From: an uncultured Synergistales bacterium
GTDB lineage: Bacteria > Synergistota > Synergistia > Synergistales > Aminobacteriaceae
Direction: 5' to 3'
DNA: 64,000 nucleotides
Assembly: GCA_905233565.1 (NCBI GenBank)
Contig: CAJOCL010000010.1
Span: forward strand, 18,832-82,831
Part shown: positions 46,461 through 54,273 of the stretch, piece after piece
How the letters are laid out: the number at the start of each line of letters is the position of its first letter
Position numbering within the stretch: position 1 is the first letter of the stretch
Position numbers and translations under genes: made by a program
Notes under the pieces: model-generated
The model's input: only the letters and a program-made list of their open reading frames with translations
Databases searched by the model: none
Told to the model about the DNA's origin: nothing

Positions 46461-47128
46461 TATTTATTATCACTCCCGTACCAGATTTCTTGAAATGAGA
46501 GAGTTTCGACTTTATGCGGTGAATCTTCCTGCCTTTTTACGAGTACTTGATACATTATATTTTGACCGTTGAATTTTTCTGGGAGTTTAGCACGTGCCCT
46601 GATGAGATAATATCTACCCGTTATGGGTCTATTGTTTGGATCTTCTCCTTCATTTGCCGATTCTCTTTCAGGGGGCATGGCCGCAAAAACTTTTTGATAT
46701 ATATTCTTGCCACTGTATTGGCCGTCTATCCATTTTTTCCTATCGAATGCTGTGTTAAATGCGTACCATAAGTTATGAACTCTAACATGATATGTTTCAC
46801 CGTATTTGTCTCTCCATTTGTCAGGTATATCATCATCGCCCCATAAATTTGTAGCCTTTGTATTCTCGTAAAAACTTCTTACTCCCGGAACAACGTCATC
46901 GGCGAATGCAGCTTCAGGGATTGTGTCACCAACTCTTATATCGCGCACTGCATCTTTGGCAATTTCGACAAGCTCATCAAGCCTCATTCTGTACTGCATA
47001 ATTTCGCGCTCTTCAGAAACGGACTCAATAGACGTAGCAGTGAAAAAAAACACCTGAGCAGTTACCATACCAGAAAAAAGCAGAAAAATCATAACATTAA
47101 GCAGTGAAACGCCTTTCTTTCGCTTCAT
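46460..47128 (-). CDS. PilX/minor-pseudopilin-like protein (N-terminal hydrophobic helix without Glu+5)
   Basis: 222 aa. MKRKKGVSLLNVMIFLLFSGMVTAQVFFF resembles the PilX/GspK-type N-terminus. ATGA overlap with the upstream nuclease gene and TAATG overlap with the downstream pilMNO-like gene. Confidence 0.5.
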   Translation of the reverse strand: MKRKKGVSLLNVMIFLLFSGMVTAQVFFFTATSIESVSEEREIMQYRMRLDELVEIAKDAVRDIRVGDTIPEAAFADDVVPGVRSFYENTKATNLWGDDDIPDKWRDKYGETYHVRVHNLWYAFNTAFDRKKWIDGQYSGKNIYQKVFAAMPPERESANEGEDPNNRPITGRYYLIRARAKLPEKFNGQNIMYQVLVKRQEDSPHKVETLSFQEIWYGSDNK

Positions 47129-47991
47129 TGTTTACCTCCCCAGTCTTTTATGCAGCTGTTCTTAAACGGACAGACCGAACATAATTTTTTGTCACGCAAA
47201 ATTTCAGGCACCCTCTTTGATAATAACACGCTGAAAGCAGAATGAAATAATTCTGGCAGTTGTGTTTTAATCATTTTTTCAACAAATGACGGCTCAAAAA
47301 TATCAGGCTTTTTTTCAATTTCATCAAGATATATTATCTCAACTGAAGGAAATATCCCTGATTTTTTCCAGATCAGCCACGAATAAATCAAACTCTGCGA
47401 CAGCGGAACAGTAATATCAGATTTCATATGTCCCTTGAACTCAAACAATCTTGCTTCGGCCTTATCAGGATTAAACATCAGTGCATCATAACAGCCTTTA
47501 ACAACAAGAGTGTTTCCGTTGCTGAAATTATAATACGCCTTTAACATTTGTTCAGGCTGAATGAAAATTTTCTGCATGTTTTTTTCAGGATTTTTCAGGA
47601 GAGACGGAATACCCATGAAAAATTCATACATTGCCCGAATCCATACAGTTATGGCTCTGTTCATCGCATCAACCTGTTCTGTCATTAATTGCTCAGAATT
47701 TGAATCCAATAACGGAATTAATATATACTTGCTTATCATAGATTCAAGTGATGACGGATAACGTAAGGAGGCCGCTATTTTTTCGTAAAGAATGCTTTCA
47801 GGGTTTGAGGCACCTTGAAAGAATACTTTAGCTATGTTCTTGTGAAATAATGAACCGTAAGCGTAACCGCTGCCCTTGATTCCGACATGCCATGCAGTTT
47901 TTGCGCCCTTGAAAATCTTATAGGCAAGAAGAGCCGGGCATTTTTGACACAAGGCAAGATCGCTCACCGAGATAGAACGAGATACGCCCAT
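47125..47991 (-). CDS. Stand-alone Cas4-like PD-(D/E)xK nuclease with 4-Cys (Fe-S) signature
   Basis: 288 aa. Motifs in order: N-terminal SVSDLALCQKCP, GSLFH, CYDALMFNPDKAEARLFEFKG (D...ExK), SQSLIYSWL (QxxxY) and C-terminal CSVCPFKNSC (CxxCx5C). Confidence 0.7.
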   Translation of the reverse strand: MGVSRSISVSDLALCQKCPALLAYKIFKGAKTAWHVGIKGSGYAYGSLFHKNIAKVFFQGASNPESILYEKIAASLRYPSSLESMISKYILIPLLDSNSEQLMTEQVDAMNRAITVWIRAMYEFFMGIPSLLKNPEKNMQKIFIQPEQMLKAYYNFSNGNTLVVKGCYDALMFNPDKAEARLFEFKGHMKSDITVPLSQSLIYSWLIWKKSGIFPSVEIIYLDEIEKKPDIFEPSFVEKMIKTQLPELFHSAFSVLLSKRVPEILRDKKLCSVCPFKNSCIKDWGGKQ

Positions 47992-47996
47992 GAATA

Positions 47997-49949
47997 TTAA
48001 TCTGCCGCCTCACTTGATAATGTTACGAGAGTATCTTTATTTTTTGAAGTAAACGTCTTGAACAGATGCGAATTATTATTGATTATTGATATTACGTCAT
48101 TCCGTACTAATTTTATCCCGCGCTGTGATAAGATGTCAGCAGCTTTATCAACCGTAACAATTTTCATCGGAGATGCCGTTATTATATTTTTCAATGTATC
48201 TTTGACTAAAGCATCATCGATAGTTTCTATTTTGCCTGTTTCTTTTTCCTCTGAATACGTTATTGATGGCGGTGAAGGCTCTATATTCTTTATTGTCTTT
48301 GTGTCTATGAGCTTGAGGGTTCGCACAAAGTCTTTTATGTCATTGCGTGTTGCCGTTCTGGGAGTTGAGGAAGTATAGAGATTTACATCTCCGTTGTCTA
48401 TACGGTTTATCAGGGCTGCAAGGGCGTACCAGCTTATGCGCGATTCTTTATCGAGCATTACTGTATGACCTCCCTGAGCCTCAAACTCGTGAAGATTCTC
48501 ATTAGCCTGCTTCCATGTCTTTTTGTGTGTTTGGTCTTCAGTAATGTAAAAACACTCACTGCCGGGATATTTTTTCATGAAAGATATTCCGCTTTTCAGG
48601 GCAGCACTCACTGTTGTATGTCCTTTAGCAGTAATTACCATAAACGCAAGTTTTTTATTGCCGTAAGCTCCTACAAGTTTTATGTACTTATAAGTTCTTT
48701 TCGAGACGCTGAAATTTTCAAATGAGCTTAGAAATACTTCCAGAGCGAGCAAGAGATAATCAGCGTTAGGAGGCCATGCAGAAGGAGCAGACTGAATCTT
48801 TATATAATCCTCGTCGTATATTTCTTGTATGCAATCTTCAGGTTTAATATCTGTCCTTACCGTTCTGTTGGCAAGTTCAATTACTATTCTTGGGGAAAGT
48901 CCGGGAACAAGAAAATCATTCATTCTTGATATAAGCCATTGATATTTTTCTTCCACACCGTCAGTAAAGGCTGCAGCGATTCTGTCATGTATAATACGGC
49001 GTGCCTGAGAGATTGAACAATTGCTGTCAAGCTTTATTGTATTATTTTGCAGACGCTGAGTTATTGAAGGATTCAGAATGTGCCGGAATATATCCCACGT
49101 TTCCCACTTTATGAAACATAATGGAAGTATACCCTCAATGTGATTCATGATAAATCCCACAGCATCCCCCCATGCTGTTATGAGTGTATTATCCCTGATT
49201 GAGTCAATCTCATCAAAACATATAATCATTGGAACGTGTGAATAAGACAAAACAATTCCAAGTGATGTAATGAAATTTTTTGCCGTGCTTTCACATTCTG
49301 CCTCTTCCATCGAATATATATCTCTCAGGGGTAAACCTAATCTTTCAGAATCTTCATCATCAAGACCCTCGCGGAGCCATTCAGTTATTTCATACTTAGT
49401 ACCCTCGTCATCAGCTTCCGAGTAAAGTATGAGACATTTTAGGAAAGTTCTGTTTATGTCAGGCATATCACGCTTTAAGTAAATTTTACGGTCTATTGAT
49501 TCGATATTGCTGAAACCGTCATTCTCTCTTTTTTCGTAATAAGAATCTATCATTCCTTGTATCACGACATCGAATTGTGAACGCCCATCACTGTGAACTT
49601 TATTCATAGACACAATAATTTCAGACCAAAGTTCCTGCATAACCTTTTTAGGATTAGTGAAGGCTCTTACCGTAACGAAAATTACTGACCACGAATTTTT
49701 TCTTATCTTCCGAAGTATTCGTGTGAGCATGTGCGTTTTTCCGGTTCCTGCTCCGCCGATCACAAGTCCTGAAATAGGCAGTGAAGGGTTACGCCTCTTT
49801 TGTCTTATGAGATGTTCAATTTCTTCTGATGCACTTCTGGCAATCTGCTCAATATCAGGAGTTGTATTCCCGAAAGGCATGGGAGAGGATGCAGAAGTAA
49901 AAGGATTATTTTCACGTAACTGATCTTGTATTAATTCACTATTTGACAT
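47997..49949 (-). CDS. AAA+ P-loop ATPase (ORC/Cdc6- or ExeA/MshM-like core) with a large uncharacterised C-terminal region
   Basis: 650 aa. An NPF...PFG N-terminal element is followed by Walker A GLVIGGAGTGKTHML and Walker B MIICFDEIDSI. A lid-like SISQARRIIHDRI follows. The last ~300 aa have no recognisable motifs apart from a possible winged-helix end. Confidence 0.65.
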   Translation of the reverse strand: MSNSELIQDQLRENNPFTSASSPMPFGNTTPDIEQIARSASEEIEHLIRQKRRNPSLPISGLVIGGAGTGKTHMLTRILRKIRKNSWSVIFVTVRAFTNPKKVMQELWSEIIVSMNKVHSDGRSQFDVVIQGMIDSYYEKRENDGFSNIESIDRKIYLKRDMPDINRTFLKCLILYSEADDEGTKYEITEWLREGLDDEDSERLGLPLRDIYSMEEAECESTAKNFITSLGIVLSYSHVPMIICFDEIDSIRDNTLITAWGDAVGFIMNHIEGILPLCFIKWETWDIFRHILNPSITQRLQNNTIKLDSNCSISQARRIIHDRIAAAFTDGVEEKYQWLISRMNDFLVPGLSPRIVIELANRTVRTDIKPEDCIQEIYDEDYIKIQSAPSAWPPNADYLLLALEVFLSSFENFSVSKRTYKYIKLVGAYGNKKLAFMVITAKGHTTVSAALKSGISFMKKYPGSECFYITEDQTHKKTWKQANENLHEFEAQGGHTVMLDKESRISWYALAALINRIDNGDVNLYTSSTPRTATRNDIKDFVRTLKLIDTKTIKNIEPSPPSITYSEEKETGKIETIDDALVKDTLKNIITASPMKIVTVDKAADILSQRGIKLVRNDVISIINNNSHLFKTFTSKNKDTLVTLSSEAAD

Positions 49950-50667
49950 TCCAGGCTACCGTTCCCATTCTGTAATTATTTTCATCAACGAAGCAGTCAT
50001 TAAGTTCATCCTGCGTCATCACAGATTCATCAGCAATATATATCCCTATAATCACTTCGTTGCGTAATTTCCTGATCATTTCGTCAAAAACTTCACGGGG
50101 CCAGCCCAGTTTTCTTCTCAGGTCGCAGATTCGGACGAAAATTCGCCCTTTGTCGAGAGAGTCAAAGGCTTCACGGAATTTTTCCCGCGTGTAATCTCCA
50201 GTATCATCTGATTTATTTTTACTGCTTTCAATCTTTACGGCCTGAATTTTATTTGCTTCAACGCTGAAAAATTTCGGCCTGATGAACTTGTCATCAACTT
50301 TAATTTTTGCTTTCCCCTCATCAACAAGATCATTAATAATTGATATGAAAACTGCCTTAGTGAATGGAAGACTGCTTATCGTTCTTGTATCGAGTGCTTT
50401 TTTCGGCGACAGCAAATTCAGGACAAGTTCCGAAGGTTCACAGGGCGTTAATATGTAAACTATTCTGCCCTTAGCACTGAACATGAAACAATCGCTCAAT
50501 GACTGTTCGAGTTTATGCCTTATGATTTTTCCCGTATCACCGCTTTTTATTCCAAGCTGTGATTTTGCGTCTTTACTCAGAGATGCCATGAGCTTTGAAA
50601 TTGTCATAAAGCCTTTATTTTTGTCGAGAATGCTTTGTATTAAGTCAGATATGCTTTTATCGGACAT
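49939..50667 (-). CDS. Hypothetical protein (possibly winged-helix repeats), first gene of the operon
   Basis: 242 aa. AAAGGAGTGA lies upstream of ATG 50667 and there is an 11-nt overlap with the ATPase gene. I recognise no motif. Segments such as GFMTISKLMASL and GRIFVRICDLRRKLGWPREVFDEMIRKL look wHTH-like (weak inference). Confidence 0.45.
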   Translation of the reverse strand: MSDKSISDLIQSILDKNKGFMTISKLMASLSKDAKSQLGIKSGDTGKIIRHKLEQSLSDCFMFSAKGRIVYILTPCEPSELVLNLLSPKKALDTRTISSLPFTKAVFISIINDLVDEGKAKIKVDDKFIRPKFFSVEANKIQAVKIESSKNKSDDTGDYTREKFREAFDSLDKGRIFVRICDLRRKLGWPREVFDEMIRKLRNEVIIGIYIADESVMTQDELNDCFVDENNYRMGTVAWNVK

Positions 50668-50766
50668 AATAAAAATTTCACTCCTTTAATTTCTTTTTAT
50701 TCAGTTGTGCTATTAGGTATAATTTTAACATTGATATTGACGCAAATTTGAGGTGATTATTAAATT

Positions 50767-51435
50767 ATGTTATCCCCCAGAATTGAAGACTATCTCGAAG
50801 AATTATTCCTGCTTGAAAGCACGGGCAGGAGCGTTACGGTAACAGACCTTGCCGAACGTCTCAAGATAACTAAAGGCACCGTAACGGCAACTGTTCAGAA
50901 ACTTGTGGAACTTGAGCTGCTCAATCATGAACGTTACGGGAATCTGCATCTTACTGACGCAGGAAGACAGAAAGGCATGACCGTATTCAGGAGACACGAG
51001 GGGTTCAGGGCATTTTTTCATGAACTTCTGGGACTTGACCGCGACCACTCGTCGGAAATGGCCTGCTCAATGGAACATTATGTCGACAACGTAACGGAAG
51101 AGAGATTATATGCACTTCTTGAATATTTCAGGAAGGCAAGGGCTGAACATCAGCCGTGGGTTGATGAGGTATTCCTGGCAATCGAAAAACCGATATTGAT
51201 TGTCCCCGTTCCGCTGACACTGTGCGAACCCGGTTCTTCAGGAGCAATACTAAGGCTTACTGCTGATGAGCCTCTAAGAAAAGAAATCGTAAATAAAGGC
51301 TTTGTCAACGGTGCTGAAGTTAAGCTCATTAGCAGTGATGAACAGGTTTTTATCTGCAAAATCGGCCATAACACTTTTGAACTGCCGCTGAATGAAGCCG
51401 CAACAATCTGGATTCAGCAGCCTTCAAAATCTTAA
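50767..51435 (+). CDS. DtxR/MntR-family metal-dependent transcriptional regulator with a C-terminal FeoA/SH3-like domain
   Basis: 222 aa. IEDYLEELFLLE, VTVTDLAERLKITKGTVTATVQKL and LTDAGRQKGMTVFRRHEGFRAFF are DtxR-type HTH and dimerisation motifs. Confidence 0.85.
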   Translation: MLSPRIEDYLEELFLLESTGRSVTVTDLAERLKITKGTVTATVQKLVELELLNHERYGNLHLTDAGRQKGMTVFRRHEGFRAFFHELLGLDRDHSSEMACSMEHYVDNVTEERLYALLEYFRKARAEHQPWVDEVFLAIEKPILIVPVPLTLCEPGSSGAILRLTADEPLRKEIVNKGFVNGAEVKLISSDEQVFICKIGHNTFELPLNEAATIWIQQPSKS

Positions 51436-51440
51436 ACTAA

Positions 51441-51473
51441 TCCCCGCAGAGTTTTCAGGCGGGGTGATTTTTC
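51441..51473 (+). terminator. Rho-independent terminator after the DtxR-like gene
   Basis: TCCCCGC-agagttttcag-GCGGGGT followed by GATTTTTCTTT. It overlaps the 3' end of the convergent sirC-like gene. Confidence 0.7.
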
Positions 51474-51973
51474 TTTGAAAACTCTTCAACCCATAAGGGC
51501 CATACTTTCCGCAGCCGTTCTGATAAATGCCTCGTTAATGACGGCGAAACACCTGCAGTACATACTGATACGGCCGTGCTGCCTGAATTAATCATTGACG
51601 GGAAAAAGAAATCACATTCACTTTGACAGTCAGCGACATTTACGGGAATGGATTTTGATTTTGCGATGTCATGAATAAGCCTGTTAATATCGCGGCTGTT
51701 AGTTGCTGCAATTACGAGCGATAAATCTGTATCCAAGTCTTCCGGCCTGAAACAACGGATAATTCTTTTTGCGGTCTTTGGAAAATCATCGCAGAATTTA
51801 GGACTCACGGCTATGACTTCAGCACCGCAGCGGATTAATGTATCTGCGCGTCTTGAAGCAACGTTCCCGCCCCCTGCAATGAGAATTTTTTTGTCTTTCA
51901 TGTCAATCATCATGGGGAAAAACGGCGGACGTTCTGAATTTTTATACTCTGAGATTTTTTCTGTTGTTGTCAT
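51455..51973 (-). CDS. Precorrin-2 dehydrogenase / sirohydrochlorin ferrochelatase (SirC/CysG N-terminal-domain type)
   Basis: 172 aa. KILIAGGGNVASRRADTLIRCGAEVIAVSP (Rossmann), LVIAATNSRDIN, PVNVADCQSECDFFFPS and CTAGVSPSLTRHL match the family. Confidence 0.8.
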   Translation of the reverse strand: MTTTEKISEYKNSERPPFFPMMIDMKDKKILIAGGGNVASRRADTLIRCGAEVIAVSPKFCDDFPKTAKRIIRCFRPEDLDTDLSLVIAATNSRDINRLIHDIAKSKSIPVNVADCQSECDFFFPSMINSGSTAVSVCTAGVSPSLTRHLSERLRKVWPLWVEEFSKKNHPA

Positions 51974-52027
51974 AATTTTGTTATACTAACACAATTGCTG
52001 TATATCACACGAAGGGAAAATTATATC

Positions 52028-54016
52028 TTGAAAGAATCAAAACATTTCGTCTTACATTCACAGTGGCCGCCATCAGGAGATCAGCCCGAAGCCATTGACG
52101 CATTAATACAGAGCATAAATTCAGGAAACAGATTCCAGACATTAAAGGGAGTTACGGGAAGCGGAAAGACTTTCACGGTCGCAAACGTAATCGCAAAACT
52201 TGACAGGCCCGCTCTTGTCCTCGCTCATAATAAAACTTTGGCAGCTCAATTATATAGTGAATTCAAGGCTTTTTTCCCTGAAAACGCAGTCCGTTATTTC
52301 GTCAGCTATTATGATTATTACCAGCCTGAAGCATATATACCGCAGAGTGATACATATATTGAAAAGGACGCTTCAATAAATGACCGTATTGAAAGATTAA
52401 GGCTCTCAGCCACTAAGGCTTTAATTGAACGTCATGACGTTATAATCATAGCGAGCGTATCATGTATTTACGGCTTGGGCTTAAAGCAGGCTTATGAAGA
52501 CGCTATAATATCATTCAAAGTTAATGAAAAAATAGACGAACGCGAATTCTTGGCGCGTTTAGTCGGAAATTATTACGAACGCAGCGACTTCACTCCCGAA
52601 CCCGGAAAATTCAGGGTAAGGGGCGATACCGTTGAAGTCTTCCCGGCTTATGAAGATGAGACCTGTATACGGATAACATTTTTTGATGATGAGATTGAAC
52701 GGATTGATATTACCCACCCTTTAACCGGCCATGTTATAGAAAACGTAAAAGAGGCTTCAATTTTTCCTGCCCAGCATTATGTTACCCAGTCAGACGCAAT
52801 AGAAAATTCAGCACCTAAAATTAAAGCTGAACTTTCAAAAATTGAGGAAGATTTCAAGGCACAAGGAAAATTAATCGAGGCTCAGCGCATAAAAATGAGA
52901 ACTTTATATGATCTTGAAATGCTTAACGAGGCCGGTTACTGTTCAGGCATTGAAAATTATTCCCTTTACCTTGACGGACGGAATCACGGCGAACCTCCCG
53001 GAACACTTATAGACTTTTTCCCTGATGACTTTATTATGATAATTGATGAATCTCATATAACACTCCCTCAAGTTCACGCAATGTACAACGGTGATCACGC
53101 AAGAAAAAAAGTTCTTGTCGAAAACGGTTTCAGGCTCCCTTCATGTATGGACAACAGGCCTCTTAAATGGGAAGAATTTGAAGGCAGGATTAAACAGGCT
53201 GTATTCGTCTCCGCAACTCCGGGTGATTATGAGCTTCAGTCTTCAAGCGTAATTGCAGAGCAGATTATACGGCCTACAGGTATACCGGATCCCGAAGTTA
53301 AAGTTTTGCCGGCATTAACACAGATTGATGATCTTATTGACCGTCTCAGGGAAAACGTTTCAAAGGGCGAGCGTTCTTTAGTTTTGACGCTGACAAAAAG
53401 AGCCTCTGAAGATTTAGCGGATTATTTGAGCGAGTTGAAATTCAAAGTTAAATATATACATTCAGAGCTGAATACTTTTGAACGTGCCGAGTTAATCCGT
53501 GATTTGAGAGCAGGAAATGTCGATGTCCTTGTCGGGATTAATCTTCTCCGTGAGGGTATGGATCTCCCCGAAGTTACGTTGGTAGCCATTCTTGATGCAG
53601 ACCGTGAAGGTTATCTCCGTTCTTACAGGTCATTGATACAGATTATGGGACGTGCTGCAAGAAATATTAACAGCCGCGTGATACTTTATGCCGATGAAAT
53701 GACGGACAGTATCAGCAGGGCCGTTAATGAAACGATGAGCCGCCGAAAAAAACAGATTTCTTTCAACAAAAAACATAAAATTATCCCAAAGAGCATTAAG
53801 AAAGATGTTTTTGATTTATTACCTCCTGAGCTTGCAGGTGCTTACGCTTCAGGAAAACAGGGGAAAATTTCAGGCACTAATGACAATACGAACGTTAAGG
53901 AAAAAATGAGCATTAAAGACCTTGAACGGGCAATGTGGGAGGCTGTAGAAAGACTTGACTTTGAGAGGGCTGCAGTTCTTAGGGATGCAATTGAAGAAAT
54001 CAGGGAAGGAAAATAA
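52028..54016 (+). CDS. uvrB: Excinuclease ABC subunit B
   Basis: The ORF track starts at 51995. TTG 52028 gives an N-terminus colinear with UvrB (F-x-L-x-S-x-x-x-PSGDQPEAI). GVTGSGKTF, DESHIT, the beta-hairpin YYDYYQPEAY and the C-terminal UVR domain are all present. Confidence 0.95.
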   Translation: MKESKHFVLHSQWPPSGDQPEAIDALIQSINSGNRFQTLKGVTGSGKTFTVANVIAKLDRPALVLAHNKTLAAQLYSEFKAFFPENAVRYFVSYYDYYQPEAYIPQSDTYIEKDASINDRIERLRLSATKALIERHDVIIIASVSCIYGLGLKQAYEDAIISFKVNEKIDEREFLARLVGNYYERSDFTPEPGKFRVRGDTVEVFPAYEDETCIRITFFDDEIERIDITHPLTGHVIENVKEASIFPAQHYVTQSDAIENSAPKIKAELSKIEEDFKAQGKLIEAQRIKMRTLYDLEMLNEAGYCSGIENYSLYLDGRNHGEPPGTLIDFFPDDFIMIIDESHITLPQVHAMYNGDHARKKVLVENGFRLPSCMDNRPLKWEEFEGRIKQAVFVSATPGDYELQSSSVIAEQIIRPTGIPDPEVKVLPALTQIDDLIDRLRENVSKGERSLVLTLTKRASEDLADYLSELKFKVKYIHSELNTFERAELIRDLRAGNVDVLVGINLLREGMDLPEVTLVAILDADREGYLRSYRSLIQIMGRAARNINSRVILYADEMTDSISRAVNETMSRRKKQISFNKKHKIIPKSIKKDVFDLLPPELAGAYASGKQGKISGTNDNTNVKEKMSIKDLERAMWEAVERLDFERAAVLRDAIEEIREGK

Positions 54017-54023
54017 ATTTTTT

Positions 54024-54052
54024 TTGACACATGAAATATTTACATGTAAAAT
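54024..54052 (+). promoter_or_regulatory. Near-consensus sigma-70 promoter for the leuA leader
   Basis: TTGACA (54024-54029), a 17-nt spacer, then TAAAAT (54047-54052). Confidence 0.6.
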
Positions 54053-54201
54053 ATTCACCGCTGAAAATTAAAGTAAAGGAGATTTGCAGGAATTGAAAAT
54101 TATTGATACTTTCATGTCAACGCTCGCACTACGTGAACGCACTGCGGATCTCTGGAGTGTGTCTGTATAGTCAGCGAATTAAAAGCGAATCAGCATATAA
54201 T

Positions 54202-54245
54202 ACCGGGATCTGAGAGTGCAAAAACTTTTCAGACCCGGTTTTATT
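54202..54245 (+). terminator. Intrinsic terminator/attenuator hairpin in the leuA 5' leader
   Basis: ACCGGGATCTGA-gagtgcaaaaacttt-TCAGACCCGGT (one bulged base) followed by TTTTATTAT. It ends about 10 nt before the leuA SD AGGAGGAG. Confidence 0.6.
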
Positions 54246-54273
54246 ATGCAAAAGCAGGAGGAGTAATAATTTT

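Noticed and set aside
47125-47991. Considered whether the Cas4-like gene marks a CRISPR-Cas locus.
   Set aside because: I found no direct-repeat/spacer array and no cas1, cas2 or effector genes anywhere in the 64 kb. The flanking genes are an ATPase and pilus-like genes, so it is treated as a solo Cas4-family nuclease.
50705-50735. Possible DtxR/IdeR operator (ATTAGGTATAATTTTAACA) in the divergent region between the DtxR-like gene and the ATPase-nuclease operon.
   Set aside because: Only the left half (TTAGGT) resembles the TTAGGTTAGCCTAACCTAA-type box. The right half is not complementary, so the match is too weak to call.
54060-54273. Looked for a T-box riboswitch in the leuA leader, and also briefly upstream of proS.
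   Set aside because: No T-box consensus (GGGTGGTACCGCG-like) and no specifier-loop/AGAGA-type Stem I features were seen. Only the terminator hairpin is reported.
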